Source: Candidatus Dojkabacteria bacterium HGW-Dojkabacteria-1 (GTDB lineage Bacteria; Patescibacteriota; Dojkabacteria; SC72). Taken from it: a DNA stretch of 64,000 bases. The notes under the pieces were generated by a model. The model worked only from the letters and a program-made list of their open reading frames with translations. It had not been told where the DNA came from and did not search any database. Positions 28,778 to 37,798 of this stretch are shown piece by piece. The translations under genes and the position numbers were made by a program. The stretch spans positions 303,514-367,513 of the forward strand of contig PHAO01000001.1 of the NCBI GenBank assembly GCA_002840365.1, read 5' to 3'. Each line of letters begins with the position of its first letter. Position 1 is the first letter of the stretch.

Positions 28778-30313
28778 CTATATACTCTCAGTTGCTAGTA
28801 TCGTTATGGTAATATTTTTTTCTAAATAGTCAGTAGTTAAACTTGGTACTGTAATTCTAAAATCAACATTTTGAGTACTTGTTGGAGTAAGGCCAGAAAT
28901 CAGAGAGAAATATTGATCTGAGATAAAGAATTTATTCCATAGGGATCCTGAGTCTGTTGAATATTCATGAACAAAGGTATCATTACCATAAGTTGAACTT
29001 AATTCCCAAGGTACACCACCAAATGCGTTAGTGCTTTTTATTTGTAAATCAATATTTACATTTCCTGTATTTTTAATTGTTTGTGTATCACTTAAATCTA
29101 TTGTACTTCTACTTTCTGTTGCAGGTAATATACCATAGTCTATATCACCATCTGTTTCTATAGATATGGAAACTATTGGTGCTTCAGCAATTGTTGTAGT
29201 ACCGGTAATAACTACTGCCGTTGCAGGAGTAACAACGCCTGATGCTACTGTAACCTGGGTTGAAGGATTTGTAATTTGTATTTCTATAGTTTCTCCTATT
29301 TGTGCTCCAGAACCTATATCCAATTGTACATACAGGCAGGTTTGTGTAGCTCCAACACTCATACTTCCTGTAACAGTTGAACTCCCAGAGGAGAAAGAAC
29401 CAGGTGTAGAATTAAAGAGTGTTGCGTCTACAGGCTTTGATGTAGAGCAGCTACTCTCCTGCTTGTAGTAGAGTTTTAAATCTGAAAGATTTGAAGAAGA
29501 TACTGAACCTGTATGAGATATTGTTATACTCGTAACATTTCCAGACCCTTCATTCCTTACGAAGGTGAATGAACCTCCTATATTAAAATCGTTAGTATTA
29601 GGGTAAGTTTGGCTATTTTGTGTTCCAGATGTACCAACCGTTGTGGTAGGAGTATAGTGGGTAAAGTTTTCTATTCTACTGTTATATGTACTAGTTCCCC
29701 AATCAAAATCTCCTTGAGTATATCTTCCAGCCTGTCCACCAGTAGTTCTGCTTGTTCTTGTGGTATAGTAGATAACTGTCCACTCTTCCTGTCCCAAAAG
29801 AGTATTACCTAGCTGATTTGTAGTAAAAACAGGGGGGGTTCCTCCCTGTTGCCATCCACTTGTACCAACCTGTATATATACTCTTATCACAATACTGTCT
29901 GTAGTGTTGAGTATTGTTGGAGGAGGAGACCAATATCCTAATTGTGTACCTGCACCATTTCCACTTCTTTCTACTGTTGCAACTGGACTCCCACTTGTAA
30001 TTTCTGTTTCAACTCCCCCACTTGTTCTTTTCCACACCCTTATACCCCATGTCACCAGAGAACTACCACCATCTCCTGTTAATTGATAAAAAGTTGTTCT
30101 TCTTGTATTACTTTGTGCAGTTCCTAGCTGATATGCACTTAAACCATTTACTGTTTGTGTATCACCTCTAAAGTACCTTGTTTCAGAAGTAGCTTCTACA
30201 GGTTTAACTAAGGGATTTAAACTTGAAAGAAAGAAAGATAAAAAGAAAGAGATAAATACAAGTGCTGAAGTTTTTACTATCTTTAAAACAAAATCTTTAG
30301 ATACTGATAACAT
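28778..30313 (-). CDS. Thr/Ser/Gly-rich secreted or cell-surface protein
   Basis: N-terminal signal/anchor (ALVFISFFLSFFLSSL), then 511 aa dominated by T, S, G, N and Q. Confidence 0.45.
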   Translation of the reverse strand: MLSVSKDFVLKIVKTSALVFISFFLSFFLSSLNPLVKPVEATSETRYFRGDTQTVNGLSAYQLGTAQSNTRRTTFYQLTGDGGSSLVTWGIRVWKRTSGGVETEITSGSPVATVERSGNGAGTQLGYWSPPPTILNTTDSIVIRVYIQVGTSGWQQGGTPPVFTTNQLGNTLLGQEEWTVIYYTTRTSRTTGGQAGRYTQGDFDWGTSTYNSRIENFTHYTPTTTVGTSGTQNSQTYPNTNDFNIGGSFTFVRNEGSGNVTSITISHTGSVSSSNLSDLKLYYKQESSCSTSKPVDATLFNSTPGSFSSGSSTVTGSMSVGATQTCLYVQLDIGSGAQIGETIEIQITNPSTQVTVASGVVTPATAVVITGTTTIAEAPIVSISIETDGDIDYGILPATESRSTIDLSDTQTIKNTGNVNIDLQIKSTNAFGGVPWELSSTYGNDTFVHEYSTDSGSLWNKFFISDQYFSLISGLTPTSTQNVDFRITVPSLTTDYLEKNITITILATESI

Positions 30314-30370
30314 TGTAAAATTATAAACGAAAAGTATATATCTATGAAGTTTTTAATAACCCTATAGGAA

Positions 30371-31717
30371 TTAATAAATAATAGGACCAAACCAACTACT
30401 ATCAATATTTAGCAAGAAATATGGAATAGAGAATATAATAAGCAGTATTAATGTTGTTAGTATTATAAATAATCTTAAATACCTGTTATTAATACTTAAC
30501 CAAAATACAGATAACAATACATAAAAAGAAGATATTACTGGAAACATATATCTACCTTGTAATGCTAGAGTGGGATATCCTCTCTTTAAATACATATCAT
30601 AGTTCTGAAAGAAAAGTAGAATTAGTAAGTAAGATATTGTAATAAAGAAGAGATATTTGTGTTCTTTCTTTAATTTTTTCCAATTATATATACCAATTAG
30701 GAAAGAAATAACTATTAAAAAAGTAAAGACTGATATTGTTAAAATATCATGATAGAAACTACTATCCCCCATTATCCCTACAGTTCTCTTAGTCATTTCC
30801 CATACCCACACGCCTGTATACCTTAGAGGATCTAATCTCTCTCCACTTAGTATCATTTCTTTAAGATTTACTTCTACCGCAGGCATAGTAATCATATCTC
30901 TGTAATATACTCCGTTCTCCAAACATTGTTCATGGGTTAAAACTTTCTCACAACTAGGAGTAAGTTCTTGATATTTTAGTAAGTTGTTTCCATACAGTAA
31001 GATATTTAAGGTTCCAAAGAGTAATAGGGGTACAATGTAAAAAAGATCTCTCTTTTTAAAGCTTTCTTTCCATATATTGAAGTTTTTAATAAATTCAAAA
31101 AGCAAGAATATTACAAGTATTACTGCTAGTGGAACTATAGTGAACTTTGTTAAAGTTCCTAAACAAAGCATTAATATTGTTAAAAGTGGATACTTGAATT
31201 CTCCTTTGTATTTTATTGTTTTAACAAAAAACAGTATCGCAAATGTAGCAAACATGTTCCCTAAGTTGTCGTAATTAATTGAACTTGAAAGAAGTAAAAA
31301 CATTAATGTATTAGTTATTAATACCAATGGTATTAATCTTGCCCACTTGTTCTTAATTACTTCCTTAGAAAGCAAATATACTCCTACTAATGTAAGAAGT
31401 GAGTACACAATATTTATTATCCTAAGGAGAATTACATGATTGAATTCAAATATACTGTCATTTAGATTAAGTATTCTTCCATTTGTCCAAAAGTATAAAT
31501 ATGGAATATTAGTTATATCTCTCCATTGATATGTTACCTCTGCGTTCTCTGGAATTGTGAGTGTTGTCGAATATGTCTGTGATACTCTCAGGTGGTACCA
31601 AGAGTCCGGTGATATTTCCATTTTTACATTGAGTGCTAGATACAGGGTAAATGCAGCAAATATCAAAAAGATTAATCCTAGTATCAAATTGTATTTATTT
31701 ATTACTTTCTTTAACAA
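30371..31717 (-). CDS. GT-C-fold glycosyltransferase (PMT/ArnT-like; family 39/83 type)
   Basis: 448-aa polytopic membrane protein with an acidic first-loop motif (ISPDSWYHL) and topology resembling dolichyl/undecaprenyl-phosphate-sugar-dependent glycosyltransferases. Confidence 0.45.
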   Translation of the reverse strand: MLKKVINKYNLILGLIFLIFAAFTLYLALNVKMEISPDSWYHLRVSQTYSTTLTIPENAEVTYQWRDITNIPYLYFWTNGRILNLNDSIFEFNHVILLRIINIVYSLLTLVGVYLLSKEVIKNKWARLIPLVLITNTLMFLLLSSSINYDNLGNMFATFAILFFVKTIKYKGEFKYPLLTILMLCLGTLTKFTIVPLAVILVIFLLFEFIKNFNIWKESFKKRDLFYIVPLLLFGTLNILLYGNNLLKYQELTPSCEKVLTHEQCLENGVYYRDMITMPAVEVNLKEMILSGERLDPLRYTGVWVWEMTKRTVGIMGDSSFYHDILTISVFTFLIVISFLIGIYNWKKLKKEHKYLFFITISYLLILLFFQNYDMYLKRGYPTLALQGRYMFPVISSFYVLLSVFWLSINNRYLRLFIILTTLILLIIFSIPYFLLNIDSSWFGPIIY

Positions 31718-32672
31718 AGAAGATATCTTTCAATTTAAATTTCTTTACAAAGAGAGAAATCAGAATTAACAATCCAAGTAAGAGAAAAAACATTATGCCT
31801 CTATCAAGGAATGCTAATTGCATTACCTGTTCATTGGTTATCCCAATAGATTCGGATGTTACAAAAAAGACTGCTTCCCTTAATCCTAGTGAACCTGGTG
31901 TAATACTGATTAGTAGTGATACACCAGAAAGACATGTGTAAAGGAGTATATCTAAGATAGTAGCCTTTATTCCAAGACCAATGAATTCAATATAGTTTAT
32001 TATTCCATTTAATAGGATATTTCCTGTTGTGATAAATATTAAGGAAAGGAATAGTTTTTCTTTTCTTACAATCATATCCCAACTATTCATAAATTTGTTA
32101 AGTATTGTAAGTACTTTCTCAATATATTTATTACCTTTAATATTCTTTAGGTTAATGGTCTTTCTAAAGAGAATTACTCCTAGAGTTATAATGAAGAGAA
32201 ACACAAAAAAGATTGTTACTAAGGGGTATGTATTCCCTGTGTTTATGTATTTAGAGATTAAAGAGAGTAATGCAAAAAAGGCATTAATAAGAAAAAGTAA
32301 TATGTAGTATGCATAAAGAGTAGAAAGAAACTTAGAATATTCAAATTGATATTTATTTTTTAAATATGTAGCTCTAAATATTGCACCAGCTCTCATTGGA
32401 AGTAGGTAGTTACCAATTCTTGATATAGTTGAGAGATAGTATGCTTCCTTTAAGTCTATCTTCTTATCAAATACATTTAAGGTTACTTTAATGAAGATTC
32501 CTTCTAGAAGAAATACTAGTAGGAATATTCCCATTATTAAAGCAATATATATTGGATTTATTTGTAACAGTACTGAAAGAATCTGTTGATTGTTATATAG
32601 ATATATTCCGAAAAGGATTAATACGATTACTGTTAGTAGAGTAGATATACTGTTTTTAGAAAACATTTTCAT
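31695..32672 (-). CDS. UPF0104/LPG-synthase-TM ('flippase-like') family membrane protein
   Basis: 325 aa, about 8 TM helices, with Gly/Arg-containing loops (PMRAGAIFRATY) typical of the family. Confidence 0.4.
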   Translation of the reverse strand: MKMFSKNSISTLLTVIVLILFGIYLYNNQQILSVLLQINPIYIALIMGIFLLVFLLEGIFIKVTLNVFDKKIDLKEAYYLSTISRIGNYLLPMRAGAIFRATYLKNKYQFEYSKFLSTLYAYYILLFLINAFFALLSLISKYINTGNTYPLVTIFFVFLFIITLGVILFRKTINLKNIKGNKYIEKVLTILNKFMNSWDMIVRKEKLFLSLIFITTGNILLNGIINYIEFIGLGIKATILDILLYTCLSGVSLLISITPGSLGLREAVFFVTSESIGITNEQVMQLAFLDRGIMFFLLLGLLILISLFVKKFKLKDIFFVKESNK

Positions 32673-32710
32673 CTTGTATGTAGATATTTTAGACTCTGTA
32701 TTATATCAAA

Positions 32711-33736
32711 TTACTTCCTATCAACTTTTGTATATATTGAAGAGGAAATCTCCTTTAGAATTTCTTGTAAGCTTTCAAAATTAGAACCTTTTGTCATTAC
32801 ACAAAGAAGATATGGTTTGGTAGGATGATAGATTATTCCACAATCGTGTAATTGTTTTCTTTCATAGATTAGTGCATCTTTATACTCTCTTTCTCCAAAT
32901 TTATTTGAAATTTTTACATTTTCTGGTATTCCTGCAGAGAGTCCATCATCATACTCGGTTTGTGAAAGAACTTTTAATGCTTTCTCTGACATCTCCTTAT
33001 TTAAATATGAAGCATTGTAAAGAATTCTAAAGAAAGAAGCATAATCTTTTACTGTCATTGTATTTTCATTTTCTGGTTCATATGGATTTCTTAGACCTAA
33101 ATCTGTGTATATTTTTGCTAAATTTTCATAAGTAGTTAATTGTTCAATGGGGTATAGAGCATCATTATCAGAATAGATAATTAATTGTTCTACTAATCTA
33201 TCAAGGGTATATGTTTTTCCTTCTTCAAGATGATTTTCAGGAAGGAAATTTTGTGTAGCGCCAGTTTCCTCCCTTGTGAACACGATACTCTTTTCTAAAA
33301 GGTCTTTTTGTGATTCAGCTAATTTGTAAGTAGCAATCATAATTGGAAGCTTCAAAAGACTTGCTGGAGAAAAGGTTTCATCTTCATTTATTCCTATCCA
33401 TGCACCAGAGTTAAGATCTTTGTAATAGATAGAAATATGGGAGATGTTACTAATTCTATAATTTCCTATTTTTTCATCTATATAGCTTTGTAAATCTTTC
33501 TCTAACTTAACTAATTCCCCTATTTTTGCAGAATCAGTAGTTTCAAAATCAATTAAAGGATTAATAAATTCATATCCTCCCTCTCTTGTTTGTTTGTAAG
33601 CAAAATTCTCTTCTGATGGAAAAAATACTTTGTAAAGGATTCCCAAAGTAAAGCCAAGTATAAAGAAGAAAAACATTAAGATATATGAAATAGTTTTGTA
33701 AAGTTCCTTCTTTTCGTTGTCTTTCTTCTTACTCAT
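32711..33736 (-). CDS. Class-A beta-lactamase-like serine hydrolase (PBP-like) with N-terminal TM anchor
   Basis: SxxK (SLLK) and SDN (YSDNDA) motifs in the class-A order; the KTG motif is degenerate (KFG). Confidence 0.5.
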   Translation of the reverse strand: MSKKKDNEKKELYKTISYILMFFFFILGFTLGILYKVFFPSEENFAYKQTREGGYEFINPLIDFETTDSAKIGELVKLEKDLQSYIDEKIGNYRISNISHISIYYKDLNSGAWIGINEDETFSPASLLKLPIMIATYKLAESQKDLLEKSIVFTREETGATQNFLPENHLEEGKTYTLDRLVEQLIIYSDNDALYPIEQLTTYENLAKIYTDLGLRNPYEPENENTMTVKDYASFFRILYNASYLNKEMSEKALKVLSQTEYDDGLSAGIPENVKISNKFGEREYKDALIYERKQLHDCGIIYHPTKPYLLCVMTKGSNFESLQEILKEISSSIYTKVDRK

Positions 33737-33828
33737 ATCATTAATTCTATCTTTAAAGTATCAATTGTCAATGATTAATATTAAGAAGAGATATTGCACA
33801 AAAAGAGAGCTTATAGTATAATGTACGT

Positions 33829-34160
33829 GTTCATTTCAAACCCCGGCTCAACAGAGCCACCTCAGAGAGGTAAAAGGGGAACATTAAAAGGATAGGAGTT
33901 GGCAAAGAGGCTTCCCGCTCAGGGGAGATAGCCAGTCGGCACATCAACCGTCCCATAGAGGGCGCGCCGATTTCCAGTGTATCTGCAGATACATTGGAAG
34001 CTTCGAGGAAACAGTTTGTTAGGGACTGGCGTTATGTCATTCTCTTTCAAGAAAAAGGAAATCCAAGGCGTAGCTTTGGGTTCTGTTTCCCCTAGGGATA
34101 TTATTACAGGTAGAAGTCATCTACTCACATAAATCCCCAGGTCCATCCTTTATTTTTTTT
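33829..34160 (+). ncRNA. Candidate structured ncRNA of unassigned class (GC-rich, ORF-free island)
   Basis: About 330 nt at roughly 50% GC in a 33% GC genome, with no ORF of 60 aa or more on either strand. A TATAAT box at 33817-33822 and a T8 run at 34151-34160 flank it on the + strand. It contains several perfect local hairpins, e.g. CCAGUGUAUC-UGCA-GAUACAUUGG and GGCUC-AACA-GAGCC. The strand call is tentative. Confidence 0.35.
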
Positions 34161-34162
34161 CT

Positions 34163-34537
34163 TTACATTTCACAAGTCCACTCTTTTGGATAGCACTCTG
34201 AACAGAGGAATTTTAGATTTCTTCCTAAAGATGTTACACAGAATTTACTACAATATCCTATTACTTCCCCTGTATCCAATTTAAGAAAAGAGTATGGTCT
34301 AAGTGGTTTCTCACATGACCAATCGCATTCAACAATTCCAATATTCTCACATCTAAATATAATCAAACACTCTCCTTTCTTGTGTTGCTCCAATCTTTCT
34401 AAATCCATATATACCCCTAAAGGAGGATTGGTAGATTTTTCAAAAAAGTATTGAATATCATCTTTGTATTTATAGAGAAAGGAAAAAGAGAGTAGTATGA
34501 GTAGTGATCCGAATATGAAAAAATCTTTCTTATGCAT
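34163..34537 (-). CDS. Cys-rich small membrane-anchored protein (124 aa)
   Basis: N-terminal TM helix, then 10 Cys in CxxC/CxC-like spacing (CENIGIVECDWSCEKP...CSKFC...CSEC). Confidence 0.35.
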   Translation of the reverse strand: MHKKDFFIFGSLLILLSFSFLYKYKDDIQYFFEKSTNPPLGVYMDLERLEQHKKGECLIIFRCENIGIVECDWSCEKPLRPYSFLKLDTGEVIGYCSKFCVTSLGRNLKFLCSECYPKEWTCEM

Positions 34538-34565
34538 GATTAATAGTATATCAAAGAGAGAGAAA

Positions 34566-34880
34566 TTATTGTTGTCCTATTACAAGGATTGAGAAAAGAA
34601 TTAAACCTAATGTAATTATTCCAAAAATACCAACAGTTTTTAAGAAAAGTTTAACTGCTTCTTCTTTTTTACCTTCCAGAAAGAGTGTAATTGGTTTAAA
34701 ACAAAATATATATCCCATCACAGCTGCAGAGAGTGTAAAAAGGGATATGACCATAACAGGCATTATATATTGAGCTAATCCTGAATTCACTTCTGTTTCA
34801 TCTATTATGTTTATTGTAAATACAACGACTACAATATATGCCAATGCAACAAGGGAATTAACAAAAGGATTTTTACTCAT
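34566..34880 (-). CDS. Small membrane protein (104 aa, 3 TM helices)
   Basis: Hydrophobicity only. Confidence 0.3.
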   Translation of the reverse strand: MSKNPFVNSLVALAYIVVVVFTINIIDETEVNSGLAQYIMPVMVISLFTLSAAVMGYIFCFKPITLFLEGKKEEAVKLFLKTVGIFGIITLGLILFSILVIGQQ

Positions 34881-35038
34881 ATCTATATTCTAGATTTATA
34901 CAAGGATTCAGTCAAGGAACTTCCCGTATATGACATCTTCCTGAACCTTAAGTTAAACTTTGAAATAGACTTTACAAAGTTGAATTACCTCTTATATGTT
35001 TGATGTATAATGAATAAGTTAAATTGATATAAAACATT

Positions 35039-35578
35039 ATGAGAAAAGATATTACAATGCCAAATGATGAAATCATCTCAATTACAAAAAACTTTTCAAA
35101 AAATAAATATAAAGCAATATTTGAAAGCATGTTTTGGATTAAGAAGAACCTAGAAAAGATGGATTATGATAGAGGATTGTTCAGAAAGAGAGATGCTTCG
35201 GAAATTGTAAAATCTAAGAAATTTATGGGTTGCACGGATGTTGGTTTAGTTTTTATCTCCTTAATGAGGTCGTTAGGAATTAAAGCAACCTATATGGAAA
35301 CTATTTCGGAAGGAACACTTGTTGATTTTATAAAATATCCTGATAAAGAAATATCTATTTCAGGTCATATATTCGTAAGAGTAGAGATTGAAGATATTTC
35401 AATGATAGTTGATCCTATGACATTTCAGATACTTTTAATAAATAATCTTCCCGCTCATTCTATGTTCTCAGATGCCGTCATAATTGCTGAAGGAAAAGAT
35501 TTTGTTGAATTAGATATGAATAGTGAAGAGAAAATCAGAAAAAACACAATAAAATTTGTTAAGAAGACTTTTAAATAA
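35039..35578 (+). CDS. Transglutaminase-like cysteine protease-fold protein
   Basis: Cys-His-Asp arrangement: MGCTDVGLVFISLMRSLGI, SGHIFVRVEI and VDPMT, in the order typical of the transglutaminase-like superfamily. Confidence 0.5.
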   Translation: MRKDITMPNDEIISITKNFSKNKYKAIFESMFWIKKNLEKMDYDRGLFRKRDASEIVKSKKFMGCTDVGLVFISLMRSLGIKATYMETISEGTLVDFIKYPDKEISISGHIFVRVEIEDISMIVDPMTFQILLINNLPAHSMFSDAVIIAEGKDFVELDMNSEEKIRKNTIKFVKKTFK

Positions 35579-35583
35579 AGGAA

Positions 35584-35656
35584 ACTCCGCGACCAGGACT
35601 CGAACCTGGAACCAAACGGTTAACAGCCGTTCGCTCTACCATTGAGCTATCGCGGA
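35584..35656 (-). tRNA. tRNA-Asn (anticodon GTT)
   Basis: Reverse complement folds as TCCGCGA / TAGCTCAATGGTAGAGC / AACGG-CTGTTAA-CCGTT / CCAGG-TTCGAGT-CCTGG / TCGCGGA. Confidence 0.85.
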
Positions 35657-35707
35657 ATATCAATAGTACAGACCTATTATATATTCCAACTATTCATTCT
35701 GCAAGAA

Positions 35708-36151
35708 CTATTCTAAGTTGTAAGCAGCATATTTCTGATCAAGTATATCTATTAATACCGCAGAAGCTCTTTGATCAAAATATGGAAGTAATCTGAGATA
35801 GTAAGTTTGTTGCTCTGTTTCTATTACGGGTATTAAATCATGTATATCTCTAGATTCTGTCTGTGCAGAGAGCCTATTTGATTCTTCTAATAGGTGTATG
35901 CCTTCCTCTGTTTCAAAATTCATTTCCCAAATAACATCTTTATCCTCTGATGCTATGGCAACTATTCCAGAAGGGGTAATAACTAATCTATGTGCTCGAA
36001 CGGTATTATCATGTAATTTTTCAATGTAGAAAGGAAGGATATCAACATTTACAACATCAAATAGTTCTGAGTATGCCTCTAGAATTTCTTCTTTTCCAAC
36101 AACTAATACAAATTTGTTAGGATTATTTAAAATATTATCTTCTTTATCCAT
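35708..36151 (-). CDS. Hypothetical acidic protein (147 aa)
   Basis: ORF only. Confidence 0.3.
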   Translation of the reverse strand: MDKEDNILNNPNKFVLVVGKEEILEAYSELFDVVNVDILPFYIEKLHDNTVRAHRLVITPSGIVAIASEDKDVIWEMNFETEEGIHLLEESNRLSAQTESRDIHDLIPVIETEQQTYYLRLLPYFDQRASAVLIDILDQKYAAYNLE

Positions 36152-36254
36152 GCTAATCTGAGAATATATTATTATAGGATATTATATCAATCGCTTACTG
36201 TTTTATAAAGGAATAATATTAATGTAATATATTAATATATAACTTGTAACAAGT

Positions 36255-36854
36255 ATGCTCATGACTCTAGAAGAGATTAAGATAAGTTTTGTTGGAATGG
36301 AACCAACAGAACCTATTAAAAAGTATGTAGTAGATAAAATAGGTAAACATGAACATCTTTGGAAAGAAGCTACGAATATAGAGGTATTTTTGAAAGAGTA
36401 TGTAAATAGTAGGGGAGTAGAACACGACTTCAGAGTAGATATTAATGTATTCTTACCTAATTCAACTGTAAGAGTTGAAGTAACAGGTTCTGATATGTAT
36501 GCAAATATTGATGAAGCTTCTGATACTCTTGCAAGAAGATTGAGAAGATATACTGATAGAAAAACATATTGGGAAGGTGCTACACCATGGAAGGTATTAG
36601 AAGCTGATGCTCTAAACAGTACACCAGTTGAGAGTATTGATGATTATTCTGATTATGTACCAAGTATTTCTGTAAGAAAGAAGATTGAAGATATGAGTCC
36701 TTTAGAAGAAGGAGAAGCAATTGAGAGAATGGAACTTCTTGGATACGACCAATTGTTATTTAGAAGTAAGAAAACAGGAAAGATATCAATGCTTTACAAG
36801 AGAAAAGGTGGTGATTATGGATTGGTAGAACCTGCAGATAACGGGTTGAAGTAA
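36255..36854 (+). CDS. hpf: Ribosome hibernation promoting factor, long form (S30AE/RaiA family)
   Basis: N-terminal domain with ...VTGSDMYANIDEASDTLARRLRRY..., which is the HPF signature region, plus a C-terminal dimerisation extension; 199 aa. Confidence 0.7.
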   Translation: MLMTLEEIKISFVGMEPTEPIKKYVVDKIGKHEHLWKEATNIEVFLKEYVNSRGVEHDFRVDINVFLPNSTVRVEVTGSDMYANIDEASDTLARRLRRYTDRKTYWEGATPWKVLEADALNSTPVESIDDYSDYVPSISVRKKIEDMSPLEEGEAIERMELLGYDQLLFRSKKTGKISMLYKRKGGDYGLVEPADNGLK

Positions 36855-36862
36855 AAAAAGAA

Positions 36863-36887
36863 AGGGGGCTAATGCCCCCTTTTATTT
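36863..36887. terminator. Bidirectional intrinsic terminator (AGGGGGC-TAAT-GCCCCCT flanked by A-run and T-run)
   Basis: Perfect 7-bp GC stem between the convergent hpf and SurA-like genes, with oligo-A upstream and oligo-T downstream. Confidence 0.65.
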
Positions 36888-36902
36888 CCAATTTTAATAA
36901 CT

Positions 36903-37715
36903 TTATTCTTGATTTGTATTTACGCTATTAAACAAATTCTTGAATATATTTATTGTTGTAGTTAATACTCCATATTTTGGTTTTTCAGTTGCATTATTTT
37001 GTATCTTGTAATCAGTGTATAGTCCGTCAATCCAAGTATACTTCTGATTTTCAACCTCTTGTTGTAGGAAGATATCTTTGGTCTCATCTTTAAATTGCTC
37101 ATAGTCAAGCTTTTCCCCCTCTTCTAATGCTGCAGTTTCATTTGGGAATATTATTGCACTATATTGATCAAAGAATGCTTTAACATCTTCTTCGGTGTAT
37201 TGAATTGAAGGTTCTAAAATCTTTTTTGTAATAATGTCTAATTCAATTTGATCCTTTAGTTCTTGTTCTGTAAGATTGTTTGCAGTTAGTGCTGCTTCAT
37301 ATGTTTCCTGACCACCTATACTTCTGATAATTTCGTCTAATCTATCTTGTACTTCTTCTTTAGTTGCTTCCACTCCAGCGCTCTTAGCCTCTTGTCTAAT
37401 AATTTCTTCATCAATCATTTGTTTTGCTACTGATTGTCCATAAAGGCTTTCTAGTTTAGCATGGTATGTACTTCTTGAGATTCTTGATCCATTAACAACA
37501 GCTACACTGTAATCATTATTAAGATATTGGATTAAGAAATCTACTAATATGAAAGATACAAATACTACAACGACAGTCAATACTGGCTTAGCAAATCTTT
37601 TATAATTTCCTAAATCAGGCTTTGTAAATTTAAATTTAATATTGGGCTTTTTTATTCTAATCGTGGATTTTGAAACCTTTTCTGATTTCTCTGGTTTACT
37701 TTTTGCTTTTGCCAT
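36903..37715 (-). CDS. Membrane-anchored SurA-N-domain chaperone-like protein (PrsA/PpiD-like, no recognisable PPIase domain)
   Basis: Lys-rich N-terminus, one TM helix, then a SurA_N-like helical domain; lacks PPIase motifs. Confidence 0.4.
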   Translation of the reverse strand: MAKAKSKPEKSEKVSKSTIRIKKPNIKFKFTKPDLGNYKRFAKPVLTVVVVFVSFILVDFLIQYLNNDYSVAVVNGSRISRSTYHAKLESLYGQSVAKQMIDEEIIRQEAKSAGVEATKEEVQDRLDEIIRSIGGQETYEAALTANNLTEQELKDQIELDIITKKILEPSIQYTEEDVKAFFDQYSAIIFPNETAALEEGEKLDYEQFKDETKDIFLQQEVENQKYTWIDGLYTDYKIQNNATEKPKYGVLTTTINIFKNLFNSVNTNQE

Positions 37716-37798
37716 TTGGCTCTATATGAAAAATTAAAATAAACTTATAGTTTAAGCTTAAGAAAGTTTAGCAGAAACTTTTCTAATTAGCAAAGACA

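Noticed and set aside
33829-34160. Assigning the GC-rich RNA island to RNase P RNA, tmRNA or SRP RNA
   Set aside because: Partial look-alikes occur: GGAAAUCCAAGGC against the RNase P CR-I GGAAAGUCCGGGC, ACAGAACCC on the - strand, and CCAAGGC against 4.5S RNA. The order and pairing partners of the conserved regions do not fit any of these models by eye. No GGGG...UUCGAC/T-arm pair for tmRNA and no GGAAGCAGC helix-8 motif for SRP RNA were found. It is left unassigned pending covariance-model searches.
33737-34162. Long 5' UTR or riboswitch of the beta-lactamase-like gene on the - strand
   Set aside because: The - strand offers no convincing -10 box near 34160. A T-run terminator and a TATAAT box are present on the + strand. 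A - strand leader cannot be excluded, and it is noted as an alternative in the finding.
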